A stretch of 64,000 nt of DNA, taken from NCBI GenBank assembly GCA_963806225.1, contig CAWDXG010000004.1, positions 544,001-608,000 on the forward strand, given 5' to 3'. Of the stretch, positions 1 to 14,019 are shown piece after piece. This stretch comes from an uncultured delta proteobacterium. Its GTDB lineage: Bacteria > Myxococcota_A > Polyangia > Polyangiales > Polyangiaceae. The notes beneath the pieces were generated by a model, which did not search any database, was not told the DNA's origin, and saw only the letters and a program-made list of their open reading frames with translations. Positions within the stretch are counted from its first letter, which is position 1, and each line of letters starts with the position of its first letter. The translations under genes and the position numbers were made by a program.

Positions 1-635
1 CCGCGCGCGCTGAGCGCCTGCACGCCTTCGCTCAGCGAGCAGTCCCCATTGCGCGCGTCGAGCTCGGCCAGCTCGCGCACCAGCGCCGGACCGATGCGGA
101 ACACGCCGGTGTCGATCGCATCGTAGGTCTCGAGCTCCTTGGCGATGTCCACGATGCGATTGCCCGACACGCGCACCTTGGTCGCGTCGTCGATATCGAA
201 GCAGCGCTCCGGGTCGTAGTCGACGCCGAGCGCGCACGCGCCGTCGGGCATGTCGGCCGACAGCAGCCGGCGCACCAGCTCCGGCGAATACAGGTGATCC
301 GACATCGTCAGCAGGCACTCCTGATCGATGAAGTCGGCGGCGGCGAGCAGCGAGACGCCGTTCTTCGCCGTGTAGCGGGGATTGTCGACGAAGCGCAGCT
401 CGAGGCCGAGGCTCGGCTCCGCCACCAGCGCGCGGCGGACGCGGTCACCCTCGTAGCCGGTGACGATGACCGCCTCGCGGATACCGACAGACTGAAGTGT
501 GCGGAGGACCCGCACCAGGAGCGGAACATTCGCGACAGGTCGGAGCGGCTTCGGCGTGGGATCCCCCGCCTCTCCGAGACGCGAGCCGGTTCCCGCCGCC
601 AGCACGATCGCCCGTGTCACTCGTCGTTCAATCAT
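1..635 (-). CDS. NTP transferase, inositol-1-phosphate cytidylyltransferase (IPCT)-like; runs off the left edge
   Basis: Translated by hand (not in the ORF track): MIERRVTRAIVLAAGTGSRLG..TPKPL..EAVIVTGY..FDIDDATKVRV..IAKELETYDAIDTGVF. The LAAGxGxRL/PKPL nucleotidyltransferase motif is present, and the DxxEATK and DxxDTG motifs resemble IPCT domains. Confidence 0.8.
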   Translation of the reverse strand, partial: MIERRVTRAIVLAAGTGSRLGEAGDPTPKPLRPVANVPLLVRVLRTLQSVGIREAVIVTGYEGDRVRRALVAEPSLGLELRFVDNPRYTAKNGVSLLAAADFIDQECLLTMSDHLYSPELVRRLLSADMPDGACALGVDYDPERCFDIDDATKVRVSGNRIVDIAKELETYDAIDTGVFRIGPALVRELAELDARNGDCSLSEGVQALSAR

Positions 636-1157
636 CCGCCAGTCTCGCTTTCGCCAAGCCGCACCAAGGACGCGCCCGATTACCACGCGTTGCGTAAAAC
701 GGCCAAACCCTTTTCGTCTCGCTGGGTTACGTCGGTCTCGCCTGTCGTAGGCAGACCACACTGTTGCAATCGAGCAACACTCCCCGGTCGGTGAGCGGTG
801 CCTGGATCGCCTTGCGTGGCGCGACCGAAATCGATTACGTCACGCCGAGTTACGTGTTCCCAAGCAGGTTCTTCCCGGTAGCTCTCCTGTTCCGGTAACT
901 ACCCATCAGCAATCCTGGTGCCAGCGCCGTGGTGCGTCATTCGCTACGCACCCGGGAGCCGGGTCGTGAACGGACGGATACCCCGCCGCGCGCGCCGGGT
1001 CGCAGGGAACAGCCCCGACCCGTCGTTCCGGAACGCCCGGTACGCGGACTACGCGGCTCGGCGCGGGCGCGAAACGAGCCGCCCACCGGGGGTGATGCCC
1101 GGATACACCGTGACACGATGATCGTGCCGTGAAGTCACACTGGCGGTCGCGGGCGGC

Positions 1158-1901
1158 TCAACGCATGCCGGCCTGGATCAGCGCCCGGGCGCGTTCCAGG
1201 TCGGCGCTGTCGTCCACCTCGGTCCAGGGCAGATCGCTCACGTCCACGGCCTCGGCCTGGAGCGCGCCGCTCGCGATCAGGCGCGAGTAGACATCCTCGT
1301 AGTAGAGCTGCTCGTCGCCGTCCGCGATAGCCGCCTCGAGCGCGTCGAAAACGCCGTCCGCCATGCCTGCCGAGATGCGCTCGATGCCGATGCTCTCGCC
1401 GGCGGACCCGGCGACTGCGATCTGCTTGCCGAAGGCGAGGATGCGCCGGTCCTCGCCCACCCTCGCTTTCATCGCTTCCTCGTCCAGGTGGCGACCGCTA
1501 TCCAGCGCCGCGGCGAGCGGCGCCGTGCTGGCATCCAGCCGCTCCAGAACCTCCGGCTGGAACACGACATCGCCGTCCAGCTTGAAGAACGCCTCGCCTC
1601 TGACGCCCGCTCGGCACAACGCCAGAGATACCGAGTTCTGCGTGCTGTCGTAGCGCTGATTCGGATAGTACTCGACCCGTGGCGCGACGCCCCGCATCGC
1701 GCCACGCACCGCGTCCTCGCGGTAGCCCGTCGCCAGCACGATGCGTTCGACGCCATAGTCCGAGAGCAGCCGCACCGCGCGCCCTAGAATCGTCTCCCCG
1801 CCGATGTCCACCAGCGCCTTGGGCCTGTCGTCGGTCAGTGGCCTCAGTCGCGAGCCGACACCAGCCACCAGGATCACCGCCACAGTCGTCGTCATGCTCA
1901 T
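1158..1901 (-). CDS. phosphocholine/phosphonate cytidylyltransferase-family (LicC-like) NTP transferase
   Basis: ILVAGVGSRLRPLTDDRPKAL, LDGDV, LDEEAMK, GESIG, YYED and WTEVDD motifs; start placed at MSMTTT. Confidence 0.8.
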   Translation of the reverse strand: MSMTTTVAVILVAGVGSRLRPLTDDRPKALVDIGGETILGRAVRLLSDYGVERIVLATGYREDAVRGAMRGVAPRVEYYPNQRYDSTQNSVSLALCRAGVRGEAFFKLDGDVVFQPEVLERLDASTAPLAAALDSGRHLDEEAMKARVGEDRRILAFGKQIAVAGSAGESIGIERISAGMADGVFDALEAAIADGDEQLYYEDVYSRLIASGALQAEAVDVSDLPWTEVDDSADLERARALIQAGMR

Positions 1902-1951
1902 CAGCCGGCGACGATTGCACACGGGCACGCGCCTTGCTACTAGCCGCAGCC

Positions 1952-3265
<1,314 letters not shown>

Positions 3266-3277
3266 TGTTGCCCCCAC

Positions 3278-3353
3278 TCGCGTCGGCTTCGCCTCCGCGG
3301 TCTCCCCCAAGCGCGTCCTCGCCGCTTCGCGGCTGCGGGCGCGCGGGGGAGAC
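3278..3353. repeat. REP-like composite hairpin downstream of ino1
   Basis: Stem tctccccc..gcgcgtcc..gccgc-ttc-gcggc..gggcgcgc-gggggaga. It is preceded by cgcgtcggcttcgcctc (3279-3295), the reverse complement of 18557-18573. Confidence 0.5.
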
Positions 3354-3488
3354 GAGCGCGGCGCGGGGCGGGCGCGTGAACGGCGATGCGCGGCTCCTGC
3401 CCGGCGGTGGGGCCGGGCTCTGCCGGGCGGCGCACGCTCCGCGCCGTGGCCTGCCCTGTTGAAATAGAGCGCGACTGAGCACGGCTTC

Positions 3489-3632
3489 GTGGGCGTGGAC
3501 CGCGTCGATCGGCCACGTCAGTTCCTCGCGCGGCTGGGCTACCGCGTGCTCAGGCTGGATGCGGAATTGGTGCTCCAGCGGCTGCCGGAGGCGCTCGCCT
3601 TGGTGCGGGCTGCGCTGGAGGAGGCGGGCTAG
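3489..3632 (+). pseudogene. C-terminal remnant of a DUF559/very-short-patch endonuclease-like gene
   Basis: Frame reads FLARLGYRVLRLDAELVLQRLPEALALVRAALEEAG*, a typical DUF559 C-terminus. An in-frame stop lies at 3465-3467 and the catalytic N-terminal half is absent. Confidence 0.6.
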
Positions 3633-3641
3633 CGCCATCGC

Positions 3642-6611
3642 GCTTCAACGGGGCCGCCGCGCGAACGCGGCGGAGAGCGCGGAGCTCGGCGGCGCACCGG
3701 AGGACGTGCTCGAGCTTCAACGGGGCCGCCGCGCGAACGCGGCGGAGAGACTGTCAGGAATCGCTATGCTCCGGCCCGTGGACCAGCTTCAACGGGGCCG
3801 CCGCGCGAACGCGGCGGAGAGAAGCAGCTCGACGAGCAGCGCGCGCAAGCTCAGCTGCTTCAACGGGGCCGCCGCGCGAACGCGGCGGAGAGTCTGATGC
3901 GCCGGATGATTCCCATTGTTCCCTCCTGCTTCAACGGGGCCGCCGCGCGAACGCGGCGGAGAGACCAGAGCCGACAGCAGGCGTACTACGCCATGCTCGA
4001 GCTTCAACGGGGCCGCCGCGCGAACGCGGCGGAGAGTGGGGCTACAGTTCCCCAACAAGCGCGAGGTGCGCGTGCTTCAACGGGGCCGCCGCGCGAACGC
4101 GGCGGAGAGCGACGCGGGGCCGCCCGTCAAGATTAGTCAGCTCGTGCTTCAACGGGGCCGCCGCGCGAACGCGGCGGAGAGGTCCACAACATGATCGAGA
4201 GCATGGTCTCTCGCATCACGCTTCAACGGGGCCGCCGCGCGAACGCGGCGGAGAGTGGGGTCGAGCCAGAGCTCCGTGGGCTTGGTCGCCTCGCTTCAAC
4301 GGGGCCGCCGCGCGAACGCGGCGGAGAGACACGACGCGCCGACTACCTTTATGACCTTAGCTCGGCTTCAACGGGGCCGCCGCGCGAACGCGGCGGAGAG
4401 ACCCGTTGCTCGGAGGTTGCCAGCATCTGATACGGCAGCTTCAACGGGGCCGCCGCGCGAACGCGGCGGAGAGGTGGTCCAGAGTAGCGGGCAAATGGTA
4501 AGCGCGGAAGCTTCAACGGGGCCGCCGCGCGAACGCGGCGGAGAGCCCGTGACGCCGGAATCGCTCGGCGACGTTGCGCAGGCTTCAACGGGGCCGCCGC
4601 GCGAACGCGGCGGAGAGACTACGGCGCGACCGCACCCGTCCCGCTGTTCCGGTTGCTTCAACGGGGCCGCCGCGCGAACGCGGCGGAGAGTTCCCTGCTG
4701 GAGACGGGGAAGGTTGTTCCGACCCTGGCTTCAACGGGGCCGCCGCGCGAACGCGGCGGAGAGACAGCACGCGAGCGCTACCTGCTCCAGTTCGGCATGG
4801 CTTCAACGGGGCCGCCGCGCGAACGCGGCGGAGAGCACGTCGAGATGGTCGGTACCACCGGGCTCACCGATGCTTCAACGGGGCCGCCGCGCGAACGCGG
4901 CGGAGAGGTGCTTACGGGCGAAGACACCGAGACGGTGTGCGAGCTTCAACGGGGCCGCCGCGCGAACGCGGCGGAGAGCCGACGACGTGACGAAGGCGAT
5001 CGAGGACTTCAGCGCGCTTCAACGGGGCCGCCGCGCGAACGCGGCGGAGAGCATGCACGCCGTCGACCTCGTAGTCGTGGAAGGCAGCGCTTCAACGGGG
5101 CCGCCGCGCGAACGCGGCGGAGAGGAGTGTCGCGGACGCCACGCTGGACGGCACTCTGACGCTGCTTCAACGGGGCCGCCGCGCGAACGCGGCGGAGAGC
5201 GTGCTCGGGCTCGAGCTCGAGCGCGACGCCCGACGACGTGCTTCAACGGGGCCGCCGCGCGAACGCGGCGGAGAGGCAAGTGACCGCGGCGGACAGACGC
5301 GCGCGACAGCTGCGAGCTTCAACGGGGCCGCCGCGCGAACGCGGCGGAGAGCAGCCGACGGCGGCGAGCGCATCGCGAGATCGACGTGCTTCAACGGGGC
5401 CGCCGCGCGAACGCGGCGGAGAGACGCTGCGAGCATGCGACGCGACCGCAGCGCGATGCGCCGGCTTCAACGGGGCCGCCGCGCGAACGCGGCGGAGAGG
5501 CCGATCGGCGACGCTGCGAGCCGGCGCGACGCAGCGGCTTCAACGGGGCCGCCGCGCGAACGCGGCGGAGAGGACGCGCTGCGAGTCGCACTGCGAGCCG
5601 CTCGCGGCCGGCTTCAACGGGGCCGCCGCGCGAACGCGGCGGAGAGGCAGGATCCGGCGTAGCTGCGGCAGCGGGTGCACGCTCGCTGGCTTCAACGGGG
5701 CCGCCGCGCGAACGCGGCGGAGAGCGGCGCTGCACGCACGCGCGACGCCGGCGCAGCGTGCTTCAACGGGGCCGCCGCGCGAACGCGGCGGAGAGCGACG
5801 CACGCCGGCACGCTCGTGGCAGCCGCGCTGCGTGCTTCAACGGGGCCGCCGCGCGAACGCGGCGGAGAGCAGTCGCGCTGCAGCGTCGGCATCCGGCCGA
5901 GTACGGCTTCAACGGGGCCGCCGCGCGAACGCGGCGGAGAGCGAGTCGACGCGGCAGCATCGCCAGCGCTGCCGCAGCTTCAACGGGGCCGCCGCGCGAA
6001 CGCGGCGGAGAGTGCCGTAGCCGAGCGATCACGGCCGTGCGCGAGCATCGAGCTTCAACGGGGCCGCCGCGCGAACGCGGCGGAGAGCAGTCGTCAGCGG
6101 CGACGCTGCTCAAGCCGTCGAGCGATGCGCAGCGGCTTCAACGGGGCCGCCGCGCGAACGCGGCGGAGAGGCGGTCGGCATCGCTGGCAGACCTGGCAGC
6201 TGGCGCGCTTCAACGGGGCCGCCGCGCGAACGCGGCGGAGAGCTGCATGGCTGCGGACGTCCGCGACGCGTGCGTCGGCTTCAACGGGGCCGCCGCGCGA
6301 ACGCGGCGGAGAGGCTGACGCTGCCGCGGTCGCTGCCGACTGGCGCCGTCCGGCTTCAACGGGGCCGCCGCGCGAACGCGGCGGAGAGGCATCGGCGATG
6401 CGCCGCCGATCGCGCGACGCCGAGCGGCTTCAATGGGGCCGCCGCGCGAACGCGGCGGAGAGCCGGCGCTCGCGCGATGCGCGACGGCACGCCGGCTCGC
6501 GCGCTTCAACGGGGCCGCCGCGCGAACGCGGCGGAGAGCCGGCGTGCGCGCGGCGCCGAGCTGCGTCGACGCTCGGCTTCAACGGGGCCGCCGCGCGAAC
6601 GCGGCGGAGAG
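3642..6611 (-). CRISPR. type I-G CRISPR array, 41 repeats / 40 spacers
   Basis: 36-bp repeat (minus strand) CTCT-CCGCCGCG-TTCG-CGCGGCGG-CCCC-GTTGAAGC with an 8-bp stem, UUCG loop and GTTGAAGC 3' end. First copy starts at 3642, last at 6576. One variant (ATTGAAGC) at 6427. Spacers are 35-47 bp. Confidence 0.98.
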
Positions 6612-6850
6612 AGACCCCGGAGTCTGTGGGCGAATCCGGGGGCTTGGCAACTGGATGGCGAGCGGTTCGGAATTCGGGCGTGTTTATGGCGTGCATGGTG
6701 GGCGTTGCCGGGCTGTCGCGGACCGGCAACGGGCTTGTTTTCAGGGAGCTGGGCGCCTTGCGAGCGCTGGCGGGGATCCGGACGGCGCCGGACCGCTCGA
6801 TCGTACCGGCCCGCGTCGACGGCGTCACGCACGATGCGCGCGGGCACAGG
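6612..6850 (-). promoter_or_regulatory. CRISPR leader
   Basis: Non-coding gap between the cas2 stop and the first repeat in transcription orientation; contains less GC-rich patches (ttgttttcagggag) and a gcgagcg..cgctcg inverted motif. Confidence 0.75.
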
Positions 6851-7141
6851 CTAGGCGACGATCGCATGACGTTCGGGGTGGGTGTAGGTGCGACCGAGCG
6901 AGCGGATGGACGTGCTGCCACGGCCTTCGACGGGGCCCACGTCGACGAACAGCACCTGGTCCTGATCGTTGTGGATGATGTCGCCGAGACGCGAGCGCAA
7001 CTCGACCAGCTCGCGGCGGCTGAGCTCGCACTGGAAGACCGAGAGCTGGAGGTGGTCGCCGTAGCCGCGCATCAGCTTGAAGACCTTGCGCAGGCGCTTG
7101 GGGTTCGAGATGTCGTAGCTGACGATGTAGGTCTGGCGCAT
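6851..7141 (-). CDS. cas2: CRISPR-associated endoribonuclease Cas2
   Basis: 96 aa, YIVSYDIS..KRLRKV..YG..LQLSVFQC. Confidence 0.95.
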   Translation of the reverse strand: MRQTYIVSYDISNPKRLRKVFKLMRGYGDHLQLSVFQCELSRRELVELRSRLGDIIHNDQDQVLFVDVGPVEGRGSTSIRSLGRTYTHPERHAIVA

Positions 7142-7167
7142 CGGGTGCCTCGCTGGTGGTGAGGGCG

Positions 7168-9118
7168 CTAGCGCGTGCGGAACGCCGGATATTCGTTAAT
7201 CTCGCCGAGCAGCAGGCGGCCGAGCAGGCGCGCCTGCACCTCGAGCACGCGGCGGTAGCTGATGCGGTAGCCGAAGACGGGATGGGTGACGAGGTGATCC
7301 ATCCGTCGCTCGTAGGCGAGGATCAGGCGGCGGCGAGCGGGCTGCTTGATCGAGACGGCCACCGCTGTGCGCACGAAGTCGTCGGGCTGGACCTCGCCGT
7401 TGTTGATCGCGCTCACCACGACGGAGTCGGCCACAATCGGGCGGAACTCTTCCATCAGATCGAGCGCGAGCGCGGGCCGGCCGAAACGGGGCTGGTGGTA
7501 GAAGCCGAGCAGCGGATCGAGACCCGACGGCGGCGAGGGTGACGTTGAAGTCCTTCGCCAGGAGCGCGTAGCAGAACGACAGCAGCGCGTTGATGGGATC
7601 GCGCGGCGGGCGGCGGTTGCGGCCGTCCAGGTCGAAGGCGTCGCGGATGCCGGGCTCGTCCTTGAGCATGCCGGTGAACGCGCCGAAGTAGACGCGCGCC
7701 GCCGTGCCCTCGATGCCGAGCAGGCTCTCGAGCGAGCCCACCTCCCCCGCCTTGCGTGCGAGCTGCTTCAGCTCGAAGAGGACGGTGGCGTCGGGGGCGC
7801 GGTGGTTGCGGCGCAACAGCGTGCGACAGTTGAGGATCTTCGAGACGACGAAGCCCTGCGCGAGGCCGAGGCACGTCGCGAGGTCCGTCGCGCCGGCGTA
7901 CTGCGCCAGACGCAGCTCGACGTTCTTCGAGTCATGACCCGTGGCGCGCCCCACCAGCCAGCCGCCGTAGGTGAAGAACGAGACAGGTATGCCTCGCTCC
8001 AGCAGCGCGCGCAGCGCCTGCGACGTGAACTGCACGTTGCCGAACAGCGAGACCTGCGAGGTGTTCACCAGTCGCGACTCCACCGCCTTTTCTTTCGGCC
8101 GCCGGACGCAGATCCGCTCGCCGTCGAGCGCGATGCGCGCGCCCTGCTCCTGCACGTACACCGGCAGGCGGTCGTCGCGAGCGGGGTGGAGGCGTCGGAG
8201 CTCTGCCGGCTCCTCCGCAGGCGGGTCGCCGGCCAGGCCCCACGGATCCTTCTCCATCGGGCCGTACATGTCCGGCGCGTAGCTGCGCCAGTCGAACCCC
8301 TCGGGCGCGGGCTCTGCCTCCGGCTCGGGTGGCGAGCCGCGCTCGAGCGTCTTCAGCAGCGTCACCTCGTCCGGCAGGCAGATGCCGACGAGCGAACAGC
8401 CCGTGCACTTGGGGCTGTCCTCGAGCGGTGGCGGCAGTGCGTCGCTTCGAGCGATCTCCCGCGCGCGCTCGACGGCGCGCAGCGTCCGGGACTCCAGCTC
8501 GGCGTCGATCGCGATCGGCACGCGCTTGCGCTCCGCGGCGTAGTAGATGGCCGCCTCGTCACAGCCGTAGCCCGCGTCGCGCAGCAGGAGCACCTGCGCG
8601 CAGAGCTGGGCGCGCTCCGGCAGGTAGGCGCCCTCGCGCAGCTTCGGCCGCTTGCCCCGCTTGTACTCGACGGGCATGACTCGGCCGCCCTGCCCCACAT
8701 CCACCACGTCGATCTTCGCGGTCAACCCCAGTCGCTCGGACGACAGCCACACCGAGCGCGCCTGGTAGGGCTCGTCCCCCTTCGTCCGTGGCGGCGCTGT
8801 TCGCGGGATCGGCGTTGTCGTCCCCTTCCCGTCGCCCTCGTCATCGCGCTCCGGGGGCTCCGGCAGCCCACGGCCCGGCTTGTCGGCGCGCTTGTGCACC
8901 GCACGCCCGTCCGCCGTGAAGTAGTTGTCCGCGAACTCCCCCTGCACCCACTCGAGCGCCATCAGGCGCTCGCAGTAGAGGAGCTCGTTCACCATGCGGG
9001 CGGGGACGAGATCGGGGGGAGCCCCGGGCAGAGGGCGTCGGGGGAGGGGTTTGGCGCGGGCGGAGGGCTGCGTAGCCTCCGGTCGGTGCGCGTCGCGATC
9101 GGCCCCGTCAGGTTCCAT
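7168..9118 (-). CDS. cas4-cas1: Cas4-Cas1 fusion (apparent +1 frameshift near 7523)
   Basis: N-terminal Cas4: [36 protein letters not shown]-terminal Cas1: [29 protein letters not shown]. After one extra base it continues [29 protein letters not shown] to the stop at 7168. Confidence 0.92.
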
Positions 9119-9122
9119 GGCG

Positions 9123-10851
9123 TTACTCCGCCGCGGCGAACGCCCCTTCCCATGCAACGTCGGGTCTGAACAACCCGAGCCCGAAATGCGATGCGTAGCC
9201 GAGGGCGATCGGACCGCGAACGGGCTGGTCGAACACGAGGTGCAGGCCAAACCCGGCTGCGACCGGGGGTCGCCGGTTCTCGCGGGCCCGCTCGCGCCGG
9301 AAGTGTCGCCAGCGCGTGGAGAGCCGCGGCGACGGCGCGGAGTCGACATTTCCGCCTGCGCCGAGTGCGACGGTCGGAGCGCGCTTCTGCCAGAGCGCCC
9401 AGAAGTCGGACAGCTCCGCGTACCCGCGCTGATCGCCGCGCTCGATTTCCACCTCGATGCTCGCGGGCACGGGCAACCCCCGCGACTCGAGCTCGGCGCG
9501 GATCTGTCCCTCGAGGGAATTGGCGCCGCGGGGTTTGAGGTGACGAGGCGGAACGAACGGCGTTGCGCTCGACCACGAAACGGCGCGCCCGACGTGCGGG
9601 ACGAGCTGCTCGAAGTCCTCGCGTTGCCCGAGACCGGCGAGGGTGAGAAAGAGCTTCGGCACGTTTGTCTTCCGACGCGTTTCCCGAAGTCGACGCAAGG
9701 CAGCCAGGGCGCCCTCGTCGAACCCCATCGGTGCATGCACCAGAAAGTGATCGAGTCGCTGATCGGCAGCCAGCTCCGATCGGTCCAGGCACAGCGGCAG
9801 CAGATGGGCGTGCTGGTGTCCACGTAACGGTTCTCCCGAAGGGTCCTTGCCCGTGAGACAACGCGAAGGCTCCTCGCCGTCCCATGTCGAAGCCGACACC
9901 AGCTCGGCATGCAGGCGTTCCGCCCGGAGCAGGCTGGCGACCAATGCTGGGCAGCGCTTCGCCGTTCGCCGTGTCGGACGAGACGGCCAGGAGCGCGGTG
10001 TCGACCGGTTTCCGCCTCTGCGAACGCGCCTGCGGGGCCACCGTGTGTCTGAGCGCGTCCTCGGGTCGCCAGTACGACAGCGCTCGCGCTCCTGGAGGCT
10101 GGTTCCACCCCGCCTTGTGCAGACTTGCGGTGTCGACGCGAAGCGCATCGAGAATCGTCGGGGGGATGAGCTCGTCGATCCGGGCAAGCTGTTTTTTTCC
10201 GAGCTTCGTGGGCGGCGCCTTGTTCTTCTTCTCTGCTCGTTCGCGCTCGGCGGCCAGCAGGGACTCGTGCTCCCGCTCGAATGCGGCGGTCCGCCAGCGC
10301 GCGTACTCCTCCGTGGGCATGGGCGCGAGCAGCTCGATGCGCTCGTAGCCACGCCCGGGCGCCGCCTCCGAGTGAGCGCAGCGCCGGAGCCCCTCCGGCA
10401 TCGCTCCCACCCGGCGTGCGTCGACCCACGACTCCGCACGGCCCAGATAGGTGAAGCGCGGGATCAGGACGTCGAGCATCCGTTCCTCGGCCTCGGTCAG
10501 CTCGACCGGCCACTCGAGCCCCAGCACCGCGCCGGGCCCGGTACCCACGTAGGCGAAGGCGTCAATCACCTTGTCCGGCGACCCCTTGTACACGGGCATG
10601 TAGTGCCGCGTGTGCGCGCCGGCCGCTGGCGGAAGCCAGTACTCCGGCGGTTCGAGACAGAGTCGCTCGACGAGCGCAATCGCGTCGGGCGGCACATCCG
10701 TCCACCCGAGCTTGTTGAAACCGGTACCGATCAAGGCCCGAACAACACGCCACGGACTGGGTGGCCACTCGACAACGCCCTCGTTGACGTGTCGCCCCCA
10801 TGGCGTGGCGTGATAGCGACCCGCAGGGAACTCGAACGCAAGCCGAAGCAT
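9123..10851 (-). CDS. csb2: type I-G Cas5/Cas6 fusion Csb2 (apparent +1 frameshift near 9949)
   Basis: GRYHATPWGRHVNEGVVEWPPSPWR and YLGRAESW (Cas5 part). Other frame: HQHAH, WSSATPFVPPRH, GPIALGYASHFGLGLF (Cas6 G-loop). Confidence 0.92.
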
Positions 10852-10853
10852 GG

Positions 10854-14015
<3,162 letters not shown>

Positions 14016-14019
<4 letters not shown>

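Noticed and set aside
3679..3695. Trailer-end spacer shares 17 nt (gcggagctcggcggcgc) with the WYL gene at 16812-16828, suggesting self-targeting or autoregulation
   Set aside because: The match is almost all G/C in common codons (AELGGA), lies at the PAM-distal end of the crRNA, and is plausible by chance at this GC content.
3559..7162. Many ORFs with repeated LQRGRRANAAE / ASTGPPRERGGE peptides
   Set aside because: They are translations of the CRISPR repeat, not proteins.
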